In this document: piece by piece, positions 1 through 12,370 of the stretch
How the letters are laid out: each line of letters opens with the position of its first letter
Numbering within the stretch: position 1 is the stretch's first letter
Assembly (NCBI GenBank): GCA_050613775.1
Contig: JBODTK010000119.1
Coordinates: forward strand, 434,001 to 498,000
Length of the DNA stretch: 64,000 nt
DNA from: Neocallimastix sp. 'constans'
Lineage: Eukaryota
Reading direction: 5' to 3'
Translations under genes and position numbers: made by a program
Notes under the pieces: model-generated
Database searches by the model: none
The model's input: the letters and a program-made list of their open reading frames with translations, nothing else
What the model was told of the DNA's origin: nothing

Positions 1-835
1 CTTTTTCTTCCATCTCTGCTAATTCCCTGAAAGAGTAAGGACATTGGTTTAAGTAGTGTCCCACTTGACCACATTTATAGCATTTTCTATTATTTTGTTG
101 ATGTGTGTTTGAATTATCTTGGCGTCTTCTAGTCTGTTCTTGATTTGACTTCAGTTTATTTTCTTTTACATACCTATAATCGCTTCGGTCGTTATCCCTT
201 GTGTTGTATTTTCGGTTACCAAAGCCCTTGAATGGATGACCTCCGTAGTTGACTTTATAATAATAAGGTTGGTTGGATTGAAATGTTGCTAAAACAGTTT
301 CAGGCTTACGTAGGAAGTTTTCTTCAGCCCTTTCGGCTAGTTCGGCTTCTTCGAAGGCATCCTCCAGATCATAACACCTTTGGGTGATTACTTGAGACCT
401 TGCATAAGGTCTACTAGCAATGGATTCAATGTAATCGTCTACCGTAATGAAAGATTGGTATAGTTTGGAAAGACTATTATAAAGCTTTTTGTACCTCCAG
501 TTAAAGTTTTGAATACTTTCACCCTTTCTGATTCTAAGTTTCTGGAGTCTCTTGCATTTTTCCTGGGGAGTAACTTCAAGTGCATCTTCTATAGCCTTTT
601 TCATCTGGTCGATGGATGGATACTTCTTTCCCCCTTCTTCGTCGGTAGTTACTAAGTCTTGTAGTATACCTCTTAGTTTGCCTTCCACACATTCCATAGC
701 CCAGGAATGTATGTTCATAGGTTCAGTGATGTTTGCTAGTCTCATGATCCTAGCAAATTCATCACCCCAAGAATCCACATCTCTTGCTGTTTCGTTTAGA
801 CGAGGTAGAATCTCTTCGAGTTCCCTGATCTTCAT
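1..835 (-). CDS. gag: Gag protein with CCHC zinc knuckle (partial, open at the window edge)
   Basis: Manual translation from ATG at 835: MKIRELEEILPRLNETARDVDSWGDEF...LRIRKGESIQNFNWRYKKLY...KCYKCGQVGHYLNQC. Similar to E2/EB Gag (LRIKRNERIKDFNIKYKTLY). Absent from the ORF track, probably because there is no stop in the window. Confidence 0.9.
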   Translation of the reverse strand, partial: MKIRELEEILPRLNETARDVDSWGDEFARIMRLANITEPMNIHSWAMECVEGKLRGILQDLVTTDEEGGKKYPSIDQMKKAIEDALEVTPQEKCKRLQKLRIRKGESIQNFNWRYKKLYNSLSKLYQSFITVDDYIESIASRPYARSQVITQRCYDLEDAFEEAELAERAEENFLRKPETVLATFQSNQPYYYKVNYGGHPFKGFGNRKYNTRDNDRSDYRYVKENKLKSNQEQTRRRQDNSNTHQQNNRKCYKCGQVGHYLNQCPYSFRELAEMEEK

Positions 836-968
836 TTCTTTAGTTTTTTTTTTTTTTCTGTTTTATTTTATTTGCTTTATTATTATTATTATTATTTCGT
901 TTATAATATTTTATTTAATCTTCTTTCTTTTTTACTATCTATTAATGTTTCATATTATTATACTTTCG

Positions 969-985
969 TCCTACATAGCTCGCCA
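969..985 (-). promoter_or_regulatory. Primer binding site of E0 (TGGCGAGCTATGTAGGA), probably tRNA-Arg
   Basis: Complement reads TCCTACATAGCTCG-CCA, a tRNA 3' end resembling eukaryotic tRNA-Arg(ACG); tRNA identity is inferred. Confidence 0.7.
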
Positions 986-1598
986 GAAATTATGGTACAG
1001 GACTTTTGAAATTGATGGATGTATAATAATATATTGGTAAATAGATAGTAGACGTATAAAAATTACGAAAAACTTATACAATATTTATTTATTTATTTAT
1101 TGATTATTTATTAATTTATTTATTTAAAAATTTATTTAACTATATATTATTCATCCATTTATTTATTTGTTCATTTATTTATTTATTCCTCCATTACATA
1201 AAAAAAAGAAAAGAGAGAGATTTAAAATAATATTATTACAAAATATTTTATAAATTTTGGTAATACATTGATTAGTTAAAAATAATTTTGTGTAACAATA
1301 AAATAATAATAAAATTTTAGATATGAATATTAATAATAAAAATAATAAAAAAATTTATAATATAAAATAAAATTTATCAAATGTATAATAAAAATATAAT
1401 AAGAATATAATAAAATATTTATTTTATAGCAAAATATTAATAATTAATAATATATATATTTATATAATAATAAAGGAAATATTGATAAAGTTAATAAAGA
1501 TAATAATTAATTAATAAAATAGATTTAAAACATATTTATATGGAGAAATATTAAAATTATTATAATTTAAGGTATTTGGGTAAATACCGTATCACGAA

Positions 1599-4500
1599 TG
1601 TTGAGGTTCATATTAGAAAAGGAGTGTGAACATTAAATAAATAGATAAATTAAATAACTATTAAATTACACTAAAAGAATTTATCATTACACATTATAAA
1701 TTTTATTTAAAGAACTATTATTAAAAATATTTATTATTTATAAATTATATAATTATTTTATTGTTAAAAATAACTTTATTAATATTAATATTTATTATTA
1801 TAACAATATGGGAAACCTTTCAATTCTTATTCCTATTTCATTATCACTACTATTTCTACTATTTCTTTTCTCAGAAAGGCCCCCTTCATAAAATAATATG
1901 GATAATACATATTTTATATTATTTAATTACATTATTAAAACCAATCATATAAATTAATTAATTACATAAATTTAATATTTAAAATAATAAAATATAACTA
2001 ATATAAAAATTATTAATATAGAATATAAGAAAATTATTAATAGTAAAGAATATAATAATATATTTTTATATAATAAATTATTAAAAATTTAATTAAAAAT
2101 ATCATTATTATTCTATTCTTTATCATGATGCCCCCGCTAAAACTTTTGCTATACTATAGCAAAGGCAAATTTTCTTATATTATTAACTAAATACTTATAA
2201 CTAAATAAAAATATAAATTTTTTTTTTTTTTTTTTTTTTTTTTATATATATATAATATTATCATTATTTCTTAAATTTAAAAATTTTTGTATATTTTAAA
2301 ATATATTTTAATATATGTATTAATTGAAATATTTAAATTAAATAATTTAATTTATATATTACCATATATTAAAAATTTTTCATAATAATTTTTAAAAGTT
2401 CCAAAAATTTCAGGATCAACTTGGATTGTACCAAAAAAAAATTTTTCAAATATTTTTTTTTTAATTTTTTTTTTTTTTTCTTGCCATTTTTTTTTATTTT
2501 TGTTATATTCTTCAGTTCTCCAGTAGCTTCGATATCTTCGCTAGTTATTTCAACTATGAACTTTAAAACTTCATTTTCTTCTTTCATTTAGAAATTAACC
2601 TTTTTTATTTTATTTTTTTTTTTTTATTTCTTCGTATAATAATTTCTTATTCAATTAAATTAAAAATTATTATATAACATATTTTGAAGGTTATATTTAA
2701 TATGTATTCTCCTTTTTTTTTTTTTTTTTTATATTTCATCATAATTATTATTACTAATGTTCAATTATCCTCTTATTTATTATATTCTTCTTGTTTTAAA
2801 GTTATTATTTCATTAAATTCTTTAATTCTATTTTCACATTGTTTTAATGAATTCTCTAAATCAGTGATATTAATATTATGTTCAAACTTCAATAATTCAA
2901 TTTATGAAACTAAATGAATTTTCCATTTGATATATCACTAATTTATATTTTATTTTTATTTTATTTTAAATTACTACTTTTACCAAGTTTCAAAGATTCA
3001 ATTTCACAATTTAATTTATTAATTTTCTTGGACTGTGAAGAATTGTTTCATTTGTAATATTTTCTTTTTTCAATTACTGAATTGTTCTCTTCCTGAATTA
3101 AGAATATTTATGTTATCTTTATAGGGATTTTTCTTACTAATATTTTCTTCTTTTTTTGTAATTTGAATAAAATTATCTTCTTCAAAAATAATTTTCTCTT
3201 TTTATTTTTCTATAATTTGAATAATATTATATTCTTCAAAAATATTTTTCTTTAATTCACTTTTTTTTAATTCACTTATTTTATCTTTCAATTCAGTTAT
3301 GCTTTGCATTAATAATTCTTCGTTTAAGATAACATCTGGAACTTGTTCTTCTCATATTTTGTTTAATTCTTAAAATGCTTAATGTAATTATATAATTTAT
3401 TAAATTCCTCAATTGGAATTCTAATTATTGATCATAAAAAAAAAAATATAAAATTTATTATGTTCTAATAAATTTTCAATTAATGTAATTATATAAACAC
3501 TAAATAATATAATAAATATTATTATTTCTTAAAAATATATTGTAAATTATTATTTTTTTTCTATAATTTCTTCAAAATTTGTAATATTTTAAGTATTAAT
3601 TTTATATTATAAACTAAATATAAATTATTTTAAATTAAAATTTTAAAATTATTCAATGTTTATTATATTGGAACTACCGCAGTAAACCAATATATTGTTA
3701 ACTTTCTTCAAGTTCGAAAATCCTTTTTCGACACCCAAGAAAGTTTTTAAATAATTTTTATATATTTATTCCTTCAAGTTCGGCACTCTCTGTCCGACAC
3801 TTAAGGATTAAAAAAAAAAAAATTATTATATTTACCTTCAGGCTCAGCACTCTCTGGCTGACCACCTAAGGATTTTATTTAAAAATTAAAAATTTCTTTG
3901 TTAGGCTCGAAATACTCTTCGACCACCTAACTAAAAAAAAAATAATTATTATATTGAATTCATTTTAAAATAATTCATTTTTATAACAATTTAATTTTAA
4001 ATTTATATATATATTATTTTTACTTAAGTTATTACTAAAATTTTATAATTAAATTTAAAATTTCTTTGTATTACTATTATGATCATTTAATTTTTATATT
4101 ATATTTTATTCTATTATTTTTATTATCTATTCATCAATGTTTTCACACTCCCCGATATCTCCACCAATTTTTATGTTAAGGTTCATATTAGAAAAGGAGT
4201 GTGAACATTAAATAAATAGATAAATTAAATAACTATTAAATTACACTAAAAGAATTTATCATTACACATTATAAATTTTATTTAAAGAACTATTATTAAA
4301 AATATTAATTATTTATAAATTATATAATTATTTTATTGTTAAAAATAACTTTATTAATATTAATATTTATTATTATAACAATATGGGAAACCTTTCAATT
4401 CTTATTCCTATTTCATTATCACTACTATTTCTACTATTTCTTTTCTCAGAAAGGCCCCCTTCATAAAATAATATGGATAATACATATTTTATATTATTTA

Positions 4501-4700
4501 ATTACATTATTAAAACCAATCATATAAATTAATTAATTACATAAATTTAATATTTAAAATAATAAAATATAACTAATATAAAAATTATTAATATAGAATA
4601 TAAGAAAATTATTAATAGTAAAGAATATAATAATATATTTTTATATAATAAATTATTAAAAATTTAATTAAAAATATCATTATTATTCTATTCTTTATCA
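1599..4700 (-). mobile_element. Non-autonomous LTR retrotransposon E1 (LTRs 1599-2125 and 4174-4700, 527 bp each)
   Basis: Near-identical LTRs TG...CA; tRNA-Ala PBS TGGTGGAGATATCGGGG (4150-4166); PPT GCGGGGGCATCA (2126-2137); CGAA TSD on both sides; no recognisable gag/pol. Confidence 0.9.
2369..3360 (-). pseudogene. Degenerate K/E/I/L-rich ORF remnants inside E1, unknown origin
   Basis: Short minus-strand frames (EEQVPDVILNEELLMQSITELKDKISELKK; MKEENEVLKFIVEITSEDIE) broken by stops and homopolymers; no RT/IN/Gag motif seen. Confidence 0.35.
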
Positions 4701-4704
4701 CGAA

Positions 4705-5886
4705 TGTTGAGGTTCATATTAGAAAAGGAGTGTGAACATTAAATAAATAGATAAATTAAATAACTATTAAATTACACTAAAAGAATTTATCATTACACAT
4801 TATAAATTTTATTTAAAGAACTATTATTAAAAATATTTATTATTTATAAATTATATAATTATTTTATTGTTAAAAATAACTTTATTAATATTAATATTTA
4901 TTATTATAACAATATGGGAAACCTTTCAATTATTATTCCTATTATCACTACTATTTTTACTATTTCTTTCCTCAGAAAGGCCCCCTTCATAAAATAATAT
5001 GGATAATACATATTTTATATTATTTAATTACATTATTAAAACCAATCACATAAATTAATTAATTACATAAATTTAATATTTAAAATAATAAAATATAATT
5101 AATATAAAAATTATTAATATAGAATATAAGAAAATTATTAATAGTAAAGAATATAATAATATATTTTTATATAATAAATTTGTCAAAGTTTTAAGATAAT
5201 TTGGTCTTAACGATTAGGTCAAGATGCCAAATTATAGTAATTAATTAATAACTTAATTTTGCTCTTATTTAAAACATATTGTTATTAGTAAATTTTATAA
5301 TTAAATTTTTATTTAAAATATAAATTTTATTTAATCTTAATAATATTTTATTACATTATTATTTTATATAATTATTACTATAATTTAAATTACAATAATC
5401 CTACAAAGGATTAATCAAAAGAATTTAAACATGTATTTATATAAAATAATTAATTATTAAAATATTAATTATTAATATGAATATGTAAATAATATTAATA
5501 TAAGTTTGATATTGATAATATAAAGTTAGATAATAATATAAAAATATAAATAAAATATAAGAATCAAATATTGCTAAATATTATAATTTATAATTAAAAT
5601 ATAATATGTAGAAATTAATTTAATATGACAATCACGTGTTTACATTATTTAATATATATTAAATTCAATATGTTAATAATATTTAGTAATTAGTTGGCCT
5701 AGACTAATTCCTAAATATTTTAATAAAGTTAATTTAATAATAATTATTATATTATTATTATTTATTAATATTGAAATTCAAATAACTGAATTATCGAAAT
5801 TGAAATTGAATTGAAATTCAGTTATTATCTTAACAAAATTATTAAAAATTTAATTAAAAATATCATTATTATTCTATTCTTTATCA
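4705..5886 (-). mobile_element. Solo LTR of the E1 family, interrupted by another solo LTR
   Basis: Nearly identical to the E1 LTRs with several differences; CGAA at 4701-4704 and 5887-5890. Confidence 0.9.
5181..5835. mobile_element. Solo LTR of an unrelated family
   Basis: TGTCAAAG...CTTAACA ends; 5-bp TSD AAATT (5176-5180, 5836-5840); removing it restores the E1-type LTR. Confidence 0.85.
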
Positions 5887-5890
5887 CGAA

Positions 5891-6549
5891 TGATACAGAA
5901 CATTTAAAATATTCCATATCTAGTTATTTATTTATTTGGTCGTTTCTCTAGGGAATTATGACACAATAATATATTCTAATAAATATAAGAAAATAATTTA
6001 TAATAATAATGTTTTATAATAATATTTTGTTCTTTATTTATTTTTATAATTTTATTTTTACATACATAATAATTTATTATTACATTCTCTTAATTTTATA
6101 TAATTGTTAAAATAATTAATTAATATTATATTTTTATTAAACATATCTCTTTAACTATTAATTTCCTAATAACTTTATTTAAAAATACAATTTCATTATT
6201 AAATATATTTAACTATTAATATTTAAAATATATTTCCTAAATAAAATATAATTATCAATATTTATAATATAATTCCTAAAACTATATAATTCTCAAAATA
6301 ATATTTAAAATATAAAATAAAACTTATTAATAATAATGATGAATTAATTTATTATCATAATAATAGAATCATTAATAATATAATTTATCTATTTTTAATT
6401 ATGATAAAAGAATTAACCATGCTTTTAAAAATAATTATTTGAATTAACTATATATAAATTATTTTAATTATTATAACCAATAATATTTATACAATATTTC
6501 TAACCTAAATTTCTTACCTAAATCTTATTTTTATAGTGGTATCGTATCA
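5891..6549 (-). mobile_element. Solo LTR with termini like E0
   Basis: Perfect 6-bp terminal IR TGATAC...GTATCA; ends resemble the E0 LTR; CGAA on both sides; orientation inferred from E0 similarity. Confidence 0.8.
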
Positions 6550-7603
6550 CGAATGGTAGACTCGGGGTTGACACTTAGATATTTAAAATCAAGCAGGGGG
6601 GGGACGGGTATTACCCTGCTTTGATTTTAAATAAAAAAAAAAAATAATAATTTTTTTTTTTAAAAGTTATTTATTTATTTTTTTTTATTAATATAAAATT
6701 TTTTATTTAAAGTACACACATTTAATTTTTAAGAAATTGTTACAATATTTATATTTTTTTATAAATTTAAAGTATAATTAATTGTTTATAATTTAAGTAA
6801 TTTTATAGAATTATTGAATTAATTTTATATCAATAATTCATTTTTGTTTTAATTTTTATAAATATAATAATATAATATTCAAATATAATTTAATTAAAAA
6901 TAATTATAAAATAAATATATAGAAAATAGTTTTTACTATTTTCTTTGATATTTTTAAGTTAAATAAATTGTTTTTAAAGATTAATATAATAAATTTAATA
7001 ATCTTTAATTATTTTAAATAATACTTGTAATTATTTTCAAAATAAAATAAAATTTTTATAATATTTAATTAATAAATTTGATAATATTTAAATAATAATT
7101 TTTATAATAAGTAAAATTTTTAATAATAATTTTTAATAATAAATTTAATTAATAATCTTAATAATTTTATAATAATATTTAATAGTTATAATATATAAAT
7201 TTTTATAATAATATTTAATAATTTTAATAATTTTATAATATTAATAATTTATAATAATTTTTAGAATAATATTTAATTAATAATTTTAATAATTTTATAA
7301 TAATTTTTATAATAATATTTAATTAATATTTTTAATAATTTAGTATCTTAAAAGTATAATTTTAATATTTACAATTGTATTTTAATATATACATATATTT
7401 AATAATATAACAATAAAGTGATTAATTAAAATTTATTTACATTATTTACAAATTAAAATTAATTTATATCAAAATAAATTAAATTTACAATGAGGTTTAG
7501 GTTATGAAGAATATAGGAAAGTACAATTTAGTAAAGAATTATTAATAATAAAATAAAGGTTATTAATTCATTCTTTACCATGATGCCCCCTCTAAAACTC
7601 AAG

Positions 7604-10600
7604 CTACATCGAAGCTGAGTTATACTTGACTATATTCTTCAAATGAACATTCCTATTCATTTGAATTCCAGAATTTGGATCAGCCAAGGTAACCGTATTA
7701 AATTGTTTTTTTATAACTTTAAGAGGACCAACAAAATAAGGTTCTAGTTTAGTTCTTGAAAAATTTCTAACTAGAACTAAATCACCTTCCCTAATTCTTT
7801 TTCCTTCATTCAAACTATTCTTTTCCTCTCTTCTAGCAGCCCAATACTTATTTGCATTTTTAACATTTTCGGCTGCTTCTAAAGTCCATCGGTAATGATT
7901 TATAAATTTTTCTAACAACACTTCATCCGATGACTTATTAATATCCTTGGTAGGTCTAGCAGCAATATCAAAAGGCTGCTGATCCTCCCTACCATAAACC
8001 AACTCAAAACTTGAATGTTTTGTTACCTTATTTTTGGTAGTTCTAAGAGCCCATAAGGCGGATGGTAAAACTTCATCCCAATCCTTATTCTTAGAACCCA
8101 ACAACCTCAATAACTTGCCGATCTCTTTATTACGGTTTTCCGTAAGTCCATTACTTTCAGGATGATATGTGGAAATAAACTTCACATATACATCATAGAG
8201 ATCTAAAAATATTTTCGTCATGTCCGAGGTGAACTGAACACCATTGTCAGTTGTTATTACCTGTGGAACACCATGACGAGCAAACACATTAATTAAGAAC
8301 TTAATCACATCCTGTGATGTTATATTTTCCGTGGGTTCTGCTTCAACCCATTTGGTGAAGTAATCCACCACAACCATAATATATTGATTATTATTTTTAG
8401 TTTTAATCAAAGGTCCAATAATATCTAAACCCAAATGTATAAAAGGACCTTCTACTTTAGTTGGAATATTTTCTGTAGGTTCTGGATATGGTTGTGACCT
8501 ATTCAACTGACACTTGTCACAACTTTGCACCACTCTTTTAATATCCATCACCATATTATTCCAATAAAAACTTTTACGAAGCCTTTGATAAGTCTTATAA
8601 TATCCCTCATGACCTATCTTATGGGCTTCTAAAATAAGTTTTACTCTTTCCGTTTGATCCGTAATTAATTTACGATAGTCATTACCATCAACAAAATAAT
8701 CTTCACCATCTATCGTAACAAATTTTTCATTTATAAAGTCTTTAATAGTTTTAGAAAGCAACTCTTCTTCTTCCTTTGAAGTTAACTTAGTTGCCAATAC
8801 CACAGAATCATCTCTTTTCTTCATCCTAGATAATGCATCGGCTAACACATTTTTCTTACCCATTTGATATTGAATTTCAACACCAAGGGTACTAACAGTT
8901 AAGCACCACCTTGCTTGCCTAGCATTATTAGGTTCCTTATTTTTAAAGAAACTGATTAAAGGTTTATGATCTGTTATTACTACTGTTTTATTAGGATTTC
9001 CTAATATATAAGATTTCAACTTAGTAATACAATAAATTAATGCAGCTCCTTCCAAGTCAGTAATGCCATAATTTTTCTCGGCTTTACTTAAACTTCTACT
9101 TATATAATGAACTGGATGTTCCTTTTTGGTTTCTAAATCTTCTTGGAGTAATACTCCTCCAATACCTTCATAGGAAGCATCCGTTCTAATTATAAACCTT
9201 TGATTAAAACTTGGATATTTTAAAATTGGAGCATTTATTAACTTTTCTTTTAACAGATCAAAACTTTGTTGATGTTCATTATTCCATTTATATTTAACAT
9301 TCTTTCTTAATAATTTACATAAAGGAGCAGAGATTTGGGCATATTTATCAATAAAGTTTCTATAATATCCTACTGCTCCAAGAAAAGATCGTAATTCATG
9401 AACATCAACAGGTGCTACCCACTCCTTGATAGCCTTAATTTTGCTATCCTGGGGACTTAAACCTTTCACTGATGCCTTATGACCTAAGACTTCTACTTCA
9501 GTCTGCATAAAGGCACATTTTTCAATGTTAATTTTTAATTTGTGTTGGCGAAATACTTCCAACACTTGCCTAATGTGGCTTATATGTTCTTCTATACTCT
9601 TAGAGTATATTAAAATATCATCTATAAAGTTAAAAACAAACTTTCCTATAAATGGGAAAAGAATCCTATTCATTTCCCTTTGAAATGTAGCTGGGGCTCC
9701 GGTTAAACCAAAAGGCATAACCTTGAATTGGTAGTTACCAAATTTTGTGGTGAAGGTGGTAATTTCTACACTTTCCTCATCCATCAAAATTTGATGATAA
9801 CCAGAGTAAAGATCCATTGTTGTAAAAATCTGTGCCCCATCTAAACTATCAAATATCTCATCAATGTAAGGTAATGAATAAGAATCTTTAACTGTTAAAT
9901 CATTAACCTTACGATAATCAATACATAATCGCCATTTACCGTTCTTCTTCGGTACTAACACTATTGGCGATGACCATTCGGAACAAGAAGGTTCAATTAA
10001 TTTCTTATTAATTAATTTAATTAATTCCTCCTTAAGTATATCCGACTTAAATTTAACTAATCTATAGCACCTTTGCTTAACTGGTTTCGCACCAGGAATT
10101 AAATTAATCTTATGTGGAGGAAGATCAGAAGGTGTTAATTCTTCTGAAGAAGTAGCAACTATTTCTAAGTTCTCCTCCAGAATTTTAATTATTTCATCTT
10201 TATATTTTTCGTTTAAAGTATTTAGGAAAATTTCATGATGAATATATTGCTTTGGGGATAATCCTTCAATTTTCTTTAAATCATTCTTTTTGGAATCCTC
10301 ATCCAAAGCCTTAATCATACACAACAACTTTTCTTCATCTTCATAATCATTATTAATAGGTGCAATAACGTCAATTACTCCCTCAGGAGTAATTTGACAC
10401 AAACTATATAAAATGGGGTGGATAAACAAATTATAATCAATTTGGGTTTTTAAGTTAATTAGAATATCGTAAAAAGGATCCTCCTTTTCTACTATTCTAC
10501 AATTAACCATTAATACAAGATTATTAATCTTTACTGGCACCCGAATGATATAACCTTCCGAGTAATCATCATTCTTAGTTGCCAACCTAATTCTGCCACG

Positions 10601-11653
10601 ACTAATATCAATAGGTTCATATTCGGACGGAAGCTTATCTAAAAATTGTTGAGTAATTATACTTAAATTACTACATGAATCAATTAAAGCCTTCCCCGAA
10701 ACACCTTCAACTGTAACATCAACCATGGCAATATCCTCTTCACATGGTTCGTTACCTTTACTTTTATAAGTGTGGTCTATGTTATTAACGACCACAGTCG
10801 TGGCTGACACATTATCCAACACCCCAGAGATATTAGATTGGTCCCTATCCAATTTAATACCCTGTGACACCTTATATCTTAATTTTGGAGCAGCATCCAA
10901 TAACTGTCCAAAAGTAATATTGCAATGGGCAGAATTTAAATCTTTAAGAATATCATATTCTTCTTCCCCCGATTGCATCTTAATTTTCCTAGATACTCTA
11001 GAACTTTTATTTTCTTTTTGAGTATCTTTATCTTTACTAATTAACACCTTTGTTAAATCAATTACTTTATTATTCTCCTTCACAATACTTTTTTTATTAT
11101 CATTATTTTCTTTCATTAAATTTTTATTCTTTCTTTTATCATTATTTACATTATTTATAATAACTTCATCATTCACTAATGAATTATTATTAATATTATC
11201 ATTACTATTATCATTACTATGATTATTACTATAATTAGTATTACTATTACTAGCTCTTTCATTATCACGAATTTGTCTTTCAATCTCTTTTTCTTTTTCA
11301 ATTCGTGGTTGAGCTAGAATAGATGGTTTAATTTGTTTAACAATTTTATTACTTATATTATTTTCTTTTACTTCTCGTTCTTTCTGTTTTCGTAATGCAG
11401 GAGTTATTATAGGTTTAGGATTCTCCTTCAACGACTTATGAATCCTTTTCTCTGCACTACCTTCATCATTATTAACATCATAAATTTTACGTTTAGATGC
11501 TCCTACTAAATAATCAACTTTCTTTTTATTAACCACCCTTTTATTAGCAGGAGTTTCTTCAATATTAGAAAGACGAGAATTTTTAATTTCTTTTTGATAT
11601 TTAAGTGAAGCTGCTTTATTAAGTATGGGAGAGCTTCTTATCCCATTACTCAA
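7604..11653 (-). CDS. pol: Pol polyprotein PR-RT-RNaseH-IN, expressed by -1 frameshift
   Basis: LIDSCS protease, FIDD RT, TDAS RNase H, H..H/C..C and DDE integrase, GPY/F-like tail; gypsy domain order. Confidence 0.95.
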   Translation of the reverse strand: MSNGIRSSPILNKAASLKYQKEIKNSRLSNIEETPANKRVVNKKKVDYLVGASKRKIYDVNNDEGSAEKRIHKSLKENPKPIITPALRKQKEREVKENNISNKIVKQIKPSILAQPRIEKEKEIERQIRDNERASNSNTNYSNNHSNDNSNDNINNNSLVNDEVIINNVNNDKRKNKNLMKENNDNKKSIVKENNKVIDLTKVLISKDKDTQKENKSSRVSRKIKMQSGEEEYDILKDLNSAHCNITFGQLLDAAPKLRYKVSQGIKLDRDQSNISGVLDNVSATTVVVNNIDHTYKSKGNEPCEEDIAMVDVTVEGVSGKALIDSCSNLSIITQQFLDKLPSEYEPIDISRGRIRLATKNDDYSEGYIIRVPVKINNLVLMVNCRIVEKEDPFYDILINLKTQIDYNLFIHPILYSLCQITPEGVIDVIAPINNDYEDEEKLLCMIKALDEDSKKNDLKKIEGLSPKQYIHHEIFLNTLNEKYKDEIIKILEENLEIVATSSEELTPSDLPPHKINLIPGAKPVKQRCYRLVKFKSDILKEELIKLINKKLIEPSCSEWSSPIVLVPKKNGKWRLCIDYRKVNDLTVKDSYSLPYIDEIFDSLDGAQIFTTMDLYSGYHQILMDEESVEITTFTTKFGNYQFKVMPFGLTGAPATFQREMNRILFPFIGKFVFNFIDDILIYSKSIEEHISHIRQVLEVFRQHKLKINIEKCAFMQTEVEVLGHKASVKGLSPQDSKIKAIKEWVAPVDVHELRSFLGAVGYYRNFIDKYAQISAPLCKLLRKNVKYKWNNEHQQSFDLLKEKLINAPILKYPSFNQRFIIRTDASYEGIGGVLLQEDLETKKEHPVHYISRSLSKAEKNYGITDLEGAALIYCITKLKSYILGNPNKTVVITDHKPLISFFKNKEPNNARQARWCLTVSTLGVEIQYQMGKKNVLADALSRMKKRDDSVVLATKLTSKEEEELLSKTIKDFINEKFVTIDGEDYFVDGNDYRKLITDQTERVKLILEAHKIGHEGYYKTYQRLRKSFYWNNMVMDIKRVVQSCDKCQLNRSQPYPEPTENIPTKVEGPFIHLGLDIIGPLIKTKNNNQYIMVVVDYFTKWVEAEPTENITSQDVIKFLINVFARHGVPQVITTDNGVQFTSDMTKIFLDLYDVYVKFISTYHPESNGLTENRNKEIGKLLRLLGSKNKDWDEVLPSALWALRTTKNKVTKHSSFELVYGREDQQPFDIAARPTKDINKSSDEVLLEKFINHYRWTLEAAENVKNANKYWAARREEKNSLNEGKRIREGDLVLVRNFSRTKLEPYFVGPLKVIKKQFNTVTLADPNSGIQMNRNVHLKNIVKYNSASM

Positions 11654-11659
11654 TTTAAA
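11607..11659 (-). promoter_or_regulatory. -1 ribosomal frameshift signal: U UUA AAU plus H-type pseudoknot
   Basis: Slippery heptamer just before the gag stop; stems AUGGGA/UCCCAU and GAAGC/GCUUC. Confidence 0.8.
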
Positions 11660-12333
11660 CGTTTATTGTTTCTAATTTCCTTCCTATTTTTCTCAACAAT
11701 TGCTCTCAACTTTGGGCAATTGTTTTGATAATGACCTGGTTCTTTACAGAAATAACAAGCCTTTATTGTTAAACTTCTCATTTTTCTTGTTAATTCCTCT
11801 ATGTCATTATCTTCTTTAGGTTTAATATTAACTTTTTGTTCTAATTTATTTTTAATAGGAGGATGAAAATTAACTCTATTATTAAAAGAAGATATATTTG
11901 CAGAAGGTGAAGGGGTAGAAGGATGTCTTCTTTGATTACTACCCATATAATTTAACCTATCTGCTTTTTCAGCAATTTTAAAGGCTTTTGACAGAGAAAT
12001 GTTATCAAATAAGGTTAGACGTTTCCAGGCTTCAACATTGTTTTCAATGGAGTCTGTGTAATCTAAAACACTTATCTGACTTCTTTTCTTTTTATTTAAT
12101 TTTAAATATAAAGTTTTATACTTAATATTAAAATCCTTGATTCTTTCATTTCTCTTAATTCTTAGAGCACGTAGCTCTCTTAATAAATTATTTTGATCCT
12201 CCCTAATGCCATAAAATTCTTCTATAGCTTTTACAATTCTATTAAGGGAAGGATAAGCTTTATTCTTTTTATCAATTTCTTTATCTTCTTCATTATCATC
12301 ATCCTCATCTTCATCATTAATATCCTTATAATT

Positions 12334-12370
<37 letters not shown>

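Larger units (their letters stand above)
1..1594 (-). mobile_element. Ty3/gypsy LTR retrotransposon E0 (5' part: 5' LTR 993-1594, PBS, gag); runs off the window start
   Basis: LTR bounded by TGATAC...GTACCA on the minus strand, then a TGG-type PBS and a gag ORF; followed on + by CGAA (1595-1598). Confidence 0.85.

Noticed and set aside
552..1040. 162-aa plus-strand ORF
   Set aside because: Antisense shadow of E0 gag running into AT-rich leader
1761..1952. Duplicated 63-aa hydrophobic ORF (also 4336-4527)
   Set aside because: Lies within LTR copies, has a TTG start, is compositionally biased and is frameshifted in the third LTR copy
7581..7604. env-like third ORF in E2 or EB
   Set aside because: pol ends about 20 nt from the 3' LTR in both; there is no room
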